A stretch of DNA of 63,243 nucleotides, the filler included, from Octopus bimaculoides (Eukaryota), in NCBI RefSeq assembly GCF_001194135.2. It is 5 parts of 5 records of this genome, joined end to end, with 100 filler letters (N's around TTAATTAATTAA, not from the genome) between each part and the next. Parts side by side here need not be neighbours in the genome. Positions count along the whole stretch, not along the records: positions 1 to 5,526 come from NC_069004.1; positions 5,627 to 26,706 come from NC_068986.1; 3 more parts are not named here. One strand, 5' to 3'. A program made the translations under genes and the position numbers. Below the pieces are notes generated by a model. The model was not told the DNA's origin. It did not search any database and saw nothing but the letters and a program-made list of their open reading frames with translations. This document shows positions 1-10,978 of this stretch, one piece after another (the stretch's first letter is position 1; every line of letters begins with the position of its first letter).

Positions 1-32
<32 letters not shown>

Positions 33-490
33 AGTATGCGTGTATAAAAAGAGAGAGAGAAAGAGAGAGAAGAGTGAGACGGTGAGATATATGTGATATG
101 AGACACGTGACCTGAGTAATGGCGGCGATGTCTGTAAAAATGTGTTTATTTTGATTAACGTTAAAAACAGGCTGCAGTAGTTGGTTACTTATTTCATATA
201 TACAGACAAGTGTATGATAAGAGCCTCTTACTGTTTGTGTGACTGACGCGCTGCTGATAATAGTGTTGGTGCTAGGCTGTTTAGTATATTTCAAGATCTC
301 GTTAGAATGAGAATAACCTGCAAGAATGCTATTTAAATATTTATTCTTGGTATGGCAAAAATGCAGGTGTACCACGTTTTCTTAAGCTTGTATTTCGGGA
401 AGGTTATCATGCCAACAATAAACACTCGCTCTGGTTCTATTTCACTTCTTTAATTTATTACTCAATTGTTCGATCATTTAATCAATTATA

Positions 491-670
491 GGCACAGGAG
501 AGTGGCTGTGTGGTAAGTAGCTTGCTTACCAACCACATGGTTCCGGGTTCAGTCCCACTGCGTGGCACCTTGGGCAAGTGTCTTCTACTATAGCCTCGGG
601 CCGACCAAAGCCTTGTGAGTGGATTTGGTAGATGGAAACTGAAAGAAGCCCGTCGTATATAAGTATATAG

Positions 671-715
<45 letters not shown>

Positions 716-925
716 GGTGTCTGTGTTTGTCCCCCCACCATCGCTTGACAACCGATGCTGGTGTGTTTACGTCCCCGTAACTTAGCGGTTCGGCAAAAAG
801 AGACCGATAGAATAAGTACTAGGCTTACAAAGAATAAGTCCTGGGGTCGAGTTGATTCGACTAAAGGTGGTGCTCCAGTATGGCCGCAGTCAAATGACTG
901 AAACAAGTAAAAGAGTAAAAGAGTA
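491..925 (+). mobile_element. SINE family A, full-length copy (tRNA-like head, internal (TA)n(TG)n tract, 3' module, GTAAAAGA-type tail)
   Basis: Head with A-box-like GTGGCTGTGTGGTAAG and B-box-like GGTTCAGTCCC. Near-identical to copies at 41474, 48887 and 56285. Ends gactgaaacaagtaaaagagtaaaagag. Confidence 0.85.
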
Positions 926-1249
926 ACTAATCGATTGTCTGATTACTCGTTCAGTTAATCAATCAATGAGCTGGGTTTGTTAAAATCATTATATTTGTGT
1001 TAGGCTGTTTAGTATGTTTCGATTGTTTCATTTGTCATTCTGTTAATATATCAATCGACCAGCAAACTTTGTCAAAGTCATTTCAATGCTATTCGTAATT
1101 ACATCATTAATTTACTACTCTAGATATATTAACTCCCATTTTTTATATTCACATCTATATTTTACCCGCTATATTCTTAAAGAACGTTCTAGTCGTTCGG
1201 TGTTGTTAATGTCAAACAAGTAACGAATGCCCCCACTTAAGGTTTCTCG

Positions 1250-1455
1250 ACATATTAGAAATAGCAGCCAAATTTCCCTATTAAAATAGCGTCTTACTGT
1301 CCAGCAAAAAAGGCAAGATACATTGGATAACGTTAACCCAAATGCATTATACCAAGGAAGGAAAATGACGGAAGCTTTTCATGTTCTTAGATGGAAAGCT
1401 TTTCATCATTCTTCTGCCCAATCCGGATTGACTATGGGCCAACAACAACAACAAT
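1250..1455 (+). mobile_element. Old dispersed repeat family E (AAC-tailed, SINE-like), degenerate
   Basis: Motif tagaaatagcagccaaat...aaaaaagg.a.gatacattggataa with an (AAC)n end. Related segments at ~14710-14900, ~18290-18340, ~18785-18830, ~19050-19215, ~30200-30405, ~41210-41390 and reversed at ~8755-8830. Confidence 0.55.
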
Positions 1456-1859
1456 CTTCGTTGTCATGGAAATATTAGATTTGTGTGTCCTATGTGTTTC
1501 ATAATTATTACTAACTGAGAGGTTATTATATTCTATAGCATTTACTCATTACTCATTACTAACTATTAACCTAACTAAATTTTGTAGTTTTTATAATTAT
1601 TGCCAACAACTAGTTTAACTCTTTTAAACAATGTTTTAAAAATTATTACTAATTAACAGATAACCTGTATACTAGTTTCATAGACGCCATCTGGTCCTGG
1701 AGGTCTAATTGAATTTTGCAGTTCGTAGACATTGCCAAATCATAATCTAACATTATTTTATAGTTTTTATAGACACTGCTTCTTGTTGCTCTAATTCAGT
1801 GACTTTCAGCGTGGCGCATCCGCTCCACCGGTGGGGCTTGGGAAAATTCTGGTAGAGCA

Positions 1860-2060
1860 TATTAGATGCTGTGAGCGGTTCCCCTGAAGGAAGAGAGTAT
1901 GGCTGTTTTAGTATAACCTTTCTTCCAAAATGCATCAGCTCAAATTTTCCCTCGTTTAGTTGCATTTTGCTTTTGTCTGCCCATTGACTCACAGCATATA
2001 AACCAGTCTGGAGTTGAGTTCGGTCTTCTTCTTCATTCATGATTTGTTGGAGCTTCTCAT
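1860..2060 (-). pseudogene. LINE reverse-transcriptase C-terminal fragment (CR1/L2-like)
   Basis: Minus-strand translation EEDRTQLQTGLYAVSQWADKSKMQLNEGKFELMHFGRK...YSLPSGEPL resembles the post-YADD region of CR1/L2 RTs (LQ.DL..L..WA..W.M.FN..KC.VMH.G). Recognised by eye. Confidence 0.7.
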
Positions 2061-2859
2061 TAAAGTGGTTCACTTTTATTTTCTTAGTCAATAACGTACT
2101 TTATTTGTGTTCGGTACTTAACAAAAGGAGTTACCCGTAGATTCTTTTGTATTAAATAATTGTTATAAAATATTAAAAATAAAGTTGTTTTTTTGTTTTT
2201 TATTATTTNNNNNNNNNNNNNNNNNNNNNNNNNNNNNNNNNNNNNNNNNNNNNNNNNNNNNNNNNNNNNNNNNNNNNNNNNNNNNNNNNNNNNNNNNNNN
2301 NNNNNNNNNNNNNNNNNNNNNNNNNNNNNNNNNNNNNNNNNNNNNNNNNNNNNNNNNNNNNNNNNNNNNNNNNNNNNNNNNNNNNNNNNNNNNNNNNNNN
2401 NNNNNNNNNNNNNNNNNNNNNNNNNNNNNNNNNNNNNNNNNNNNNNNNNNNNNNNNNNNNNNNNNNNNNNNNNNNNNNNNNNNNNNNNNNNNNNNNNNNN
2501 NNNNNNNNNNNNNNNNNNNNNNNNNNNNNNNNNNNNNNNNNNNNNNNNNNNNNNNNNNNNNNNNNNNNNNNNNNNNNNNNNNNNNNNNNNNNNNNNNNNN
2601 NNNNNNNNNNNNNNNNNNNNNNNNNNNNNNNNNNNNNNNNNNNNNNNNNNNNNNNNNNNNNNNNNNNNNNNNNNNNNNNNNNNNNNNNNNNNNNNNNNNN
2701 NNNNNNNNNNNNNNNNNNNNNNNNNNNNNNNNNNNNNNNNNNNNNNNNNNNNNNNNNNNNNNNNNNNNNNNNNNNNNNNNNNNNNNNNNNNNNNNNNNNN
2801 NNNNNNNNNNNNNNNNNNNNNNNNNNNNNAAAATTCCGCCGTCGTATACATACATACAT

Positions 2860-2927
<68 letters not shown>

Positions 2928-2960
2928 ATATTTATGTATGTCTTTGTGTGTGCGCGCACG

Positions 2961-3192
2961 TGTGTGTGTGTGTCTTCGTATCTATGTTTGTTGCCCACCA
3001 CCGCTTTACAACCGGTGTTGGCGTATTTATGACCCCGTAACCTAGTGGTTCGGCAAAAGCGACCGATAGAATAAGTACCAGACTTTAAAAGACAATAAGT
3101 CCTTGGGCCCATTCATTTGACTAAAAACTCCTCAAGGCGGTGCCCCAGCACGGCCGCAGTCTACTGACTGAAACAAGTAAAACATAAAGGAT
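2961..3192 (+). mobile_element. SINE family A, 3' half
   Basis: caaccggtgttggcgtatttatgaccccgtaacctagtggttcggcaaaagcgaccgatagaataagtac...gactgaaacaagtaaaa matches the 3' module of 491-925. The 5' part is probably in the preceding gap. Confidence 0.8.
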
Positions 3193-3220
3193 AAAAAATA
3201 ACTTCTCTTACAATTTCTTA

Positions 3221-3303
3221 TTATAGTCTAATCTATTGTCTAACAGCTAATTTGTAGTCTAACTGCTAATTTGTAGTCTAACTGCTAATTTATAGTCTAA
3301 CTG
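3221..3303. repeat. 19-bp tandem repeat (~3-4 copies)
   Basis: Unit ctaactgctaattt(g/a)tagt repeated head to tail. Confidence 0.8.
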
Positions 3304-3666
3304 TATTTGGGGGTTGATGGTTCTGTTGGAGTAACAGCAGAGCATTTTCTTTTGAAAGTTGAAATGAAGTGGCTTGGCTCATTTGAAGTATTGAAGCGCA
3401 GTTTTCACTAGGTTGGTCCATCTTCGACTATACATTACACACAGATTCCACTCTTCAGAAATACCTCACAAATATGACGGGTGCCATCTCTATTCCCTTG
3501 CTGGTGTTGTTGTTAAGTCAAAGAAGTAGGATTTAGTACCAAGTCAAAGGATCTACTGGCTGGAAATGTTTTTTTTTTAAAAGGCCATTGTACTAAATGA
3601 AATGAAATGAAATGGAATGGAATAAGACGTAGGATAAATTGATGTGTTTTCTTCTTTTTTTTCCAG

Positions 3667-3773
3667 CCGTAATTACCGCAGACGCCGACAATCTGAGTGA
3701 AGTGTTCAAAGAAGAATCAGGCCGAATCCAAAAGAATGTGGATACCATTAAAAAAAGGCTTGATGATGCTGGG
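3667..3773 (+). CDS. Universal stress protein (USP/UspA-like) gene, penultimate coding exon
   Basis: Polypyrimidine tract plus CAG acceptor (ttcttttttttccag, ends 3666) and GTAAGA donor at 3774. Enters in phase 1 and reads (x)VITADADNLSEVFKEESGRIQKNVDTIKKRLDDAG, ending in phase 0. This joins in frame to the 4225 exon and fits the central helix region of a USP domain. Upstream exon(s) not seen (outside window or in gap 2209-2829). Confidence 0.85.
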
Positions 3774-3869
3774 GTAAGACAACTATTTATTTTAATATAC
3801 TTAGCAGCATCCGGGGGGACATTTCTTCGTTCTTTTTATGAAAGACCTTTTTATTTTCATAATGTCTTC

Positions 3870-3962
3870 TAATTTTGTTCTATAGTTAAGATTGCTTACA
3901 TAATTTTGTTCTATAGTTAAGATTGCTTACATAATTTTGTTCTATAGTTAAGATTGCTTACA
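3870..3962. repeat. 31-bp tandem repeat, 3 perfect copies, inside the USP intron
   Basis: taattttgttctatagttaagattgcttaca at 3870-3900, 3901-3931 and 3932-3962. Confidence 0.95.
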
Positions 3963-4224
3963 GTGAAATACTTAAAAATAGGTCGTGACAAATAGAATAA
4001 ATATTATAGATTCGCATGGTGGCACACACACACACACACACAAACTTTCGATCTCTTTCGCCGTCTGTCTCTCTCTCTCTCTCTTTCTTTCCTTCTTTCT
4101 TTCTCTCTTTCTTTCTTTCTCTCGCCCCCCCCCCTCTCTGTCCCATGAAAATGAGAGAAACTGAAAACGAGGGGAGTCTCTATTTACCGATTTGTCTTAC
4201 GGATCCAATTTCTTTTGTTTTCAG

Positions 4225-4428
4225 TTGCCAGACGCCGAAGTGAAGATCATTGCTGGTAAACCAGGCGAAGCAATCGTCCACGCTTCACAAGAAGAACAGG
4301 CGCATCTGATTGTGACGGGTACACGAGGCCTGGGTACCATTCGACGTACCCTTGTTGGCAGTGTTAGTGATTATGTGTTACACCATGCAAACGTTCCCGT
4401 CTTGATCTGTCGACATAAATCCCATTAA
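4225..4428 (+). CDS. Universal stress protein (USP/UspA-like) gene, terminal coding exon
   Basis: Acceptor tttcttttgttttcag ends at 4224. Reads LPDAEVKIIAGKPGEAIVHASQEEQAHLIVTGTRGLGTIRRTLVGSVSDYVLHHANVPVLICRHKSH*. Contains the USP C-terminal signature (G.PGEAIV, LIVxGxRG, G-x2-G-x9-GS, VL.HA..PVL). Confidence 0.95.
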   Translation: MPDAEVKIIAGKPGEAIVHASQEEQAHLIVTGTRGLGTIRRTLVGSVSDYVLHHANVPVLICRHKSH

Positions 4429-4750
4429 CAACACCAACAACAAGAACAACAATAATGATAATAATAACCACAACAATGACAACAACAATAACAATCTTAG
4501 TGAACAAGGGTGGGTCAAACATCAAATTTGAACCCGCACCCACCTAATGTACAATTGTAGCTATAAAACAGAGACAATAGTGAAACAAAAAAGAAAAATA
4601 TTTTGGCCGTTCTTAATTGAGGCTTCCTGTTACTTTATCAAAATTGGTTATTTGTTTTTTGTTGTTGATTTTGTATTTGTTTTTTAATTGTAACAGCGAC
4701 TATATTATTCATTATTTAATATATACAACACAAAGGAAACAATTTCTTTT

Positions 4751-4784
<34 letters not shown>

Positions 4785-5209
4785 TTCAGTTTTTTTTATT
4801 TTTCTTGTTTGTTTTTTGTTATTTCATTTCAAACGTGGTTTCCTTTTATGTATTTTACACTTCTTAAGATTGGATGGGGGGGGGTCGTCTAACTGGTTGC
4901 TTAGTGCTTAGATGGTTGAGATTATAAACGCTAGCTATGTATACACACATACACACACACATACACATGTATATATGCATATATATATATGTATGTAGAT
5001 ACATATATATATATATTGTACCTATGCGGTTTTATTTCCGCGCTGACCACTTGGTATAAATCGTTAATGATTTTTACCCTTTTATTATTATTAGAATATA
5101 TATATATATACTTATACATATATATAGAGACATACATACATATATACATACATGCATGCATAGATATATACATACATACACACGCACACGAACGCACACA
5201 CATACACAG

Positions 5210-5244
<35 letters not shown>

Positions 5245-5570
5245 GAGTAAAATCGATAAGCAGAGTAAAGTAAATGTGCTAAGTTAGGTAGAAGATGCAA
5301 CGTTTCGGAAAAAAATCGATCACCAGAGAAAATTTCACTGGAGAGATATTACATGTATATGTGTGTGTGTGTATGTATATATATATATATATATATATAC
5401 ATACAGAGATATAGATATATACATACATATAGATACATATACATATATACATATATATATATTTATTCATACAGAGATATAGATATATACATACATATAG
5501 ATACATATACATATATACATATATATNNNNNNNNNNNNNNNNNNNNNNNNNNNNNNNNNNNNNNNNNNNN

Positions 5571-5582
5571 TTAATTAATTAA
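5571..5582. other. Artificial scaffold linker TTAATTAATTAA inside an N run (also 26751-26762, 39015-39026, 54192-54203)
   Basis: The identical 12-mer, which has stops in all six frames, is embedded in ~100-N gaps four times. Confidence 0.95.
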
Positions 5583-5734
5583 NNNNNNNNNNNNNNNNNN
5601 NNNNNNNNNNNNNNNNNNNNNNNNNNATGTAGATAATGTAAATAATGTATATATATATGTATATATAGATATCTATATGATATATATATATATGTATATG
5701 TATATGTATGTATGTATGTATGTATATGTGTGCG

Positions 5735-6033
5735 CACCTTCTACTATAGCCTTCGGCCGACCAAAGCCACGTCAGTGGTTTTGGATGACGGAAGCTGAAA
5801 CAAGATGTCCTGTATATATGTATTTGTGTGTATGTGTGTGTGTGTGTTTGTACCTCCACCATTGCTTGACAACCAATGTTGTGTTTACATTCCCATAACC
5901 TAGCACTTCGGGAAAAGACACTGATAGAATAAGTACTAGGCTTACAAAAAATAAATCCAGTGGTCGATTTGCTCGACAAACGGCGGTGCTCCAGCATGCC
6001 CGAATTCACATGACTTAAACAAGTAAAACAATA
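5735..6033 (+). mobile_element. SINE family A, 5'-truncated copy
   Basis: cttctactatagccttcggccgaccaaagc...(TG)n...ccaccattgcttgacaacc...gataGAATAAGTACTAGGCTTAC...ggtcgatttgctcgac...aaacaagtaaaa. Confidence 0.8.
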
Positions 6034-6159
6034 AAAAGTCTATGCCAAAGTATTCTTAGGTAATTGAAAAACAATATAAATATATACTCTAATTTGCGCA
6101 CGGAGTTCTCTTTTTTTGTCTTTCTAAACCAAATGTGCTTATATATATATATTATATAT

Positions 6160-6199
<40 letters not shown>

Positions 6200-6453
6200 T
6201 CACATACATATATACATATACATATATACATACGTACGCATGCACGTAGTATATTCCTAATAGATGACGTTACAAGAGAATGTAACTTGAGATAAACTAC
6301 TGGAATTCCTCTATTGTGTTCAGTGAACCGAATCGATGTCAGTGAACCGAATCGAAGAAAGAAGGAAAGATCAAGAAGTTCAGTAACTTGTTTAGTGACA
6401 GATTGTGTTACAGACCATTGCGTTGGCAATTTAGACAGTATCGTTCCTTCAAG

Positions 6454-6515
<62 letters not shown>

Positions 6516-6783
6516 AAGCCCCCATACGCAAATATACACTCAGTCATACAGACATACCTATGCTATNNNNNNNNNNNNNNNNNNNNNNNNNNNNNNNNNN
6601 NNNNNNNNNNNNNNNNNNNNNNNNNNNNNNNNNNNNNNNNNNNNNNNNNNNNNNNNNNNNNNNNNNNNNNNNNNNNNNNNNNNNNNNNNNNNNNNNNNNN
6701 NNNNNNNNNNNNNNNNNNNNNNNNNNNNNNNNNNNNNNNNNNNNNNNNNNNNNNNNNNNNNNTATATATATATATATATATAT

Positions 6784-6935
6784 ATGGTTGTGTGGTTGTC
6801 AGGTTCGCTTCAGAACCACGTGTTTTCAGGTTCAGTCCCACTGCGCCGCACCTTGGGTGACTATCTTGTATTGTTAACCCAGGTCAACTAATACTTTATG
6901 AGAGAATTTAGAAGGCAGAACCGTGTGAAAGCCTG
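6784..6935 (+). mobile_element. SINE family A, degenerate 5' half
   Basis: ggttgtgtgg...aaccacgtgttttcaggttcagtcccactgcgccgcaccttgggtgac matches the family A head. Confidence 0.7.
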
Positions 6936-7002
6936 ACAAATATAACGTATTGGCCAAAAGTCACCTGACAGTAAATCAAAACCATTTAATTCCAAGATAT
7001 AT

Positions 7003-7233
7003 TTCATTAAAACTGGCTCAAAAATCACGGCTGAAGTATACTGCAGCCAGCTGGACTAAATGATGCAGAAACTTACAAAACAAAAACAGCCTGGATTAGT
7101 CCACAGATCTGCTTCTATTTTATTGCAAGACAACGCCAGACCACACATCGCAAAAATGACATTGGCGAAACTACAGGATTTGGAGTTGAAATTTCTCCAT
7201 CATCCACCATACTGACTACCACTTCTTCCAGAC
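7003..7233 (+). pseudogene. Mariner (DD34D-type) transposase fragment
   Basis: Translates to FIKTGSKITAEVYCSQLD*MMQKL...LVHRSASILLQDNARPHIAKMTLAKLQDLELKFLHHPPY-(deletion)-TDYHFFQ. Has the mariner DNARPH and HPPY(SPDLAP)xDYH motifs, with a stop and a deletion. Confidence 0.85.
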
Positions 7234-7971
7234 TGCCTCTCAAACACCTTTCTGCTGCCCCGACTACTACTGACCATCCCTTCTATGCACATGTGCAAAA
7301 ACGCACAACCACCCATACATACACCTGTCACCATAGCTGCTGACAGACACACACAGATCCCTCACATAAACAGTTGATACCACACAGACACACATATACA
7401 CATAGTTACCACCACGTACACGTACGCTACCAGGCACACACATGCACTCACTCAGTTACTGCCACACACACACACGCCCACACACACAAACGCGCGCGCG
7501 CTACTATATACACACACGATATCACACACACTCACACATACACGGATACCAACCATTCTTCAAACTTTCCTGTCCCAGAAAGCACTTTCTCTTTGTCCAT
7601 CTATTTCCTGTCATTTCAAAATGTAACTACACATGAACAGTTGGTGGTTTTTTTCCCTCCTTCTTCCTTTTCTTTCGGAGTTTCCTATTTCTCCTGTTTC
7701 CGAAAGAGAGCTTTGCTCGAAATGTAAAACAACCACTCTTTCTTTCCTTCTCTAAGTGTCTCATTAACACTTTGCACGTATCACGTCCTCGAGTTGTTTT
7801 TTCTCCTTGTCTTTTTTCTCCGTCTTTTTTATTAACTATAAAGTGATGGTTTGTTGCCAACTTAATGTGGCAGTCCCAGGAAAGGGAAGAATGCTACTGC
7901 TATTTAGCCCCAGGAAACACCGTTTCCAGTTGGCTATGTGACACAAGCGTTCTCTAAACGTAGTTTTTGTT

Positions 7972-8005
<34 letters not shown>

Positions 8006-8008
<3 letters not shown>

Positions 8009-8135
8009 GATGGGCTTCTTTCAGTTTCCGTCAACCAAAGCCACTTACAAGGCTTTGGTCTGCATACACTAGCCCAAAGTGCCGTGCCACGCTGGAACTA
8101 TGTGGTTGGGAAGCAAGCTTCTTACCACACAGAAA
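8006..8135 (-). mobile_element. SINE family A, 5' half with internal deletion
   Basis: cgatgggcttctttcagtttccgtcaaccaaagccacttacaaggctttggtc...aagcttcttaccacacag is the reverse complement of the family A head. Confidence 0.75.
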
Positions 8136-8424
8136 CGCCTGCACCTGTGTTTAACCATTTCTTTCATCACCTCACGATTATTCCTTCTTAACGTTTCATA
8201 TCACCTATAAAGAATATGAAAGCATTAACTGTTGGGTTTCATACGGACGGTGCATGGAAAATAACGTTTTCCTCTCTAGATATTTATTTCATAGCCGTAA
8301 AACTTGCACTTTAGGGAAATCTTTGAACTGGAAATGAGTCTACAGTGAACCAAGTCTCAGCATTTCAGATGTTTTGTTGTCCTGATACGATAGCGTAATG
8401 TTATTAATATTGCAAGCTATCAAG

Positions 8425-8628
8425 AAGGCGAGCTGGCAGAATCGCTAGCACGCAGGGCAAAATGCTCAGCGGCGTTTCGTCCGTCATTGCATTCTAAATT
8501 CAAATTCTTCCTAGGCTGACCTATCTTTCGGGGTCGATAAAATAAGTATCAGTTGATCACTGGGGTCGGTGTAATCGACTTATCCCCACCCCGAAATTGC
8601 CGGTCTTGTGCCAAAATTTGAAATCTGT
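8425..8628 (+). mobile_element. SINE family B (tRNA-like head, central GATAAAATAAGTAC module)
   Basis: aaggcgagctggcagaatcgctagcacgc...ttctaaattcaaatt...cggggtcgataaaataagtatcagttgatcactggggtcggtgtaatcgact...tgtgccaaaatttgaaa. Matches more than ten other copies in the window. Confidence 0.85.
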
Positions 8629-8902
8629 ATTACAAGTTATACATTTTTACCTTGTTTTCTTGTTTTATATAATCTGGAGTCACATAATTATATTTGATAT
8701 TTTTTCAAATAAAAATTACTTTTAATCAAAGAAAAGTCTTAGCTTCATTAACATTGTTGTTGTTGTTTTGTTTAGCTCCAGGTTGATACAGATTGAGCAA
8801 ACTTTTGATCAAAGACATTCCAGCCTTGATCATAAGTGAATCAGTGGTGCAACCAACGGATGACACAGAAAGTACAAATATAATAATTACAAACAAATCT
8901 CA

Positions 8903-9074
8903 ATATTACAGAAGAAATATGTTCCTGGAAATCTTACTATAGCGGGCAATTCCGTCATGTGCGATCTATTGACAATTGCTCTCCATTTTACACAGATGTC
9001 AATGTTAATACATTTTAGGTTATAAAATTCCTCGTTACAGCAAGATTTTCAGGAACAAATTGCTTCTATAATGT
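8903..9074. mobile_element. Foldback / MITE-like element with ~49-bp imperfect inverted arms
   Basis: 8916-8951 versus the reverse complement of 9026-9061 gives 29/36 identity by manual alignment (core gttcctggaaatcttac / gcaagattttcaggaac). A further ~13 bp pair outward. Confidence 0.6.
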
Positions 9075-9638
9075 GGGGAATTCTTGTATTTAACATTTGA
9101 ATATTTCACTTAAACGAGTTGCAATCGGTTGAGACGATAGTATACCGGAATACTCGTGTCATATTTGCAGCAATCAGTTAATGCCAAATACCTCAAACTA
9201 CTTAGTTCTAAGTAGGTACTTCAATGAAGAATATCGTGTTGCTATGACTGTCATAGAATTGATTTAGGTTACAACGCAGTTTAACTTTCCTGTGAGAATC
9301 ACTTCGTGGATCAAAACGACGAATGGCGCATGGTTTGAAGCGTGCAATAGCAAGACGACAACGATGTGCAGACGAATGACTAGGAGGTTAAACGTTTTCA
9401 TATAATTCAAAATGGTAGAACAAAACAGCCACGTCTGTCCTATGGAGGATGTTTGTTCTTAGACATCCTTGTTATTCTTCTCATCTACAGTCAACATCTA
9501 ATGTTAAACTGATCACGGAAGTGGAAATAACTAGAAGCATTTGTTACTTACCATGAACGCGTCTACGCTAGGCCGGACTACTGGGAGGATGAAAACATTC
9601 AGACCTTACTTGCTAGAGTGAAGGAAAATATATGCAAC

Positions 9639-9642
<4 letters not shown>

Positions 9643-9720
<78 letters not shown>
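9643..9720. repeat. (TG)n microsatellite
   Basis: About 39 uninterrupted TG units. Representative of many (TG)n, (TA)n, (CT)n, (CATA)n, (GATA)n and (GACA)n arrays across the window. Confidence 0.98.
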
Positions 9721-9721
<1 letters not shown>

Positions 9722-10299
9722 TTATATTATTTGGTTATCAACAAATGATTCAAGGGGCTAATGTTTCGTACAGTGCTCTTATCGAACTTTCATAAGCGCA
9801 ATGCACGAAAATCTCAACCTTATGTAACGTTACAGCTGAATAAAAATGCATTTATCCCTAAATAATATGTTCTATACCCTTTGATATTCTAACAAACTTA
9901 AGCACTAATTCCTCTTTTACTGGCCACATTCAAATAAAATAAATGTGACAGACGTTTACCACTCTCGAATGTATCTGTTCACTTTCATTAATTTATAAAT
10001 GCAGATACGGTTAAAGTTTATGGATATATTCCATAGGGAAATTTTGTATGAAAAATAAACACTGCTGATATACATATACATATGTACAATAATATACACA
10101 TACATATGTGCATGTGAACCCTCTCCACCTCTCTCTGCACGACCTGAGTGGGGCCGTACCCTCCTCTGCCACCGTTAAATAAATTACGGAAACTTCGGCT
10201 ACCATGATTAGACCTGAGATGAATATTGGAGTAGCTTACCGTCGCGTTCTCCAGGCAGCTGGGATTTGAACGTAAACTGAAGTATTTTGCTCAAGAAAA

Positions 10300-10392
10300 T
10301 ATAAATACAATGTGCCGCCCGGTCCAGGAAGCGAACCCACAATCTAGCACTCGGAGTGTGCAGCACTCTAACCACCAGGGCTAGTGTCTTCA
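10300..10392 (-). mobile_element. tRNA-like SINE head (family C/D related)
   Basis: Reverse complement reads ccctggtggttagagtgctgcacactccgagtgctagattgtgggttcgcttcctggaccgggcggcac, with A-box and B-box-like motifs. Similar heads at ~18990-19045 (-), ~27280-27340 (+), ~51230-51310 (+) and ~51585-51660 (+). Confidence 0.6.
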
Positions 10393-10939
10393 CACACACA
10401 CGCATACACACACGCGCGCGCGCGCACATACCCGCACATAATTTTTAGTGTTTAGTAGCAGCAGAATAAACACAGCGTTATGATGAATATTGTGTTTATG
10501 GATGTTTTGTTCTCCCTTCTTTAGAGAAGGAAGAGCAACACTCAAAACAACACCTTTTTTTCATAACTTCCAAATCTGATGGGAGAAATGGAGTAGGTTA
10601 CTTTCCAACCTGATTTCTGGCTCGAATGTCTGCAATCGAGAGGACCCCGCTCAATGCACCCAAGGGCCAAGGCAGATGTTGAAGCAGGCTGTGGATTAAG
10701 CCTACCATTCAAGACCTCAGAATGGTAAAAAAAAAAATCTCTGAAACAAATACCACAAGTTATTTTCGTGGGACACTAACAATTTCACCAACTTGGCAGA
10801 ATTAATTTGTAAATCTCGAAAGCAAGAAAGACAAGGTTGGTTTTTGTGGGATCTGAACGCAGACCAGAAAGCGCAAGAACAAATAACGCAAGGCATTCCA
10901 TCTGGCCCTCTAAATGACTCTGCTCTTTTGTGTGTGTGT

Positions 10940-10978
<39 letters not shown>

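Noticed and set aside
2084-3112. Long ORFs (200-430 aa) here and at the other N gaps
   Set aside because: They are open only because N codons cannot be stops; the flanks are simple repeats.
3301-3411. LYLGVDGS... frame upstream of the USP exon, resembling the USP N-terminal VAVDGS motif
   Set aside because: A stop lies immediately upstream, there is no ATG or acceptor, the downstream residues do not fit USP, and no in-phase donor is present. Likely coincidence.
5571-5582. TTAATTAATTAA recurring four times in N runs (5571, 26751, 39015, 54192)
   Set aside because: An identical 12-mer with stops in all six frames centred in fixed-size gaps is a scaffolding linker, not biology.
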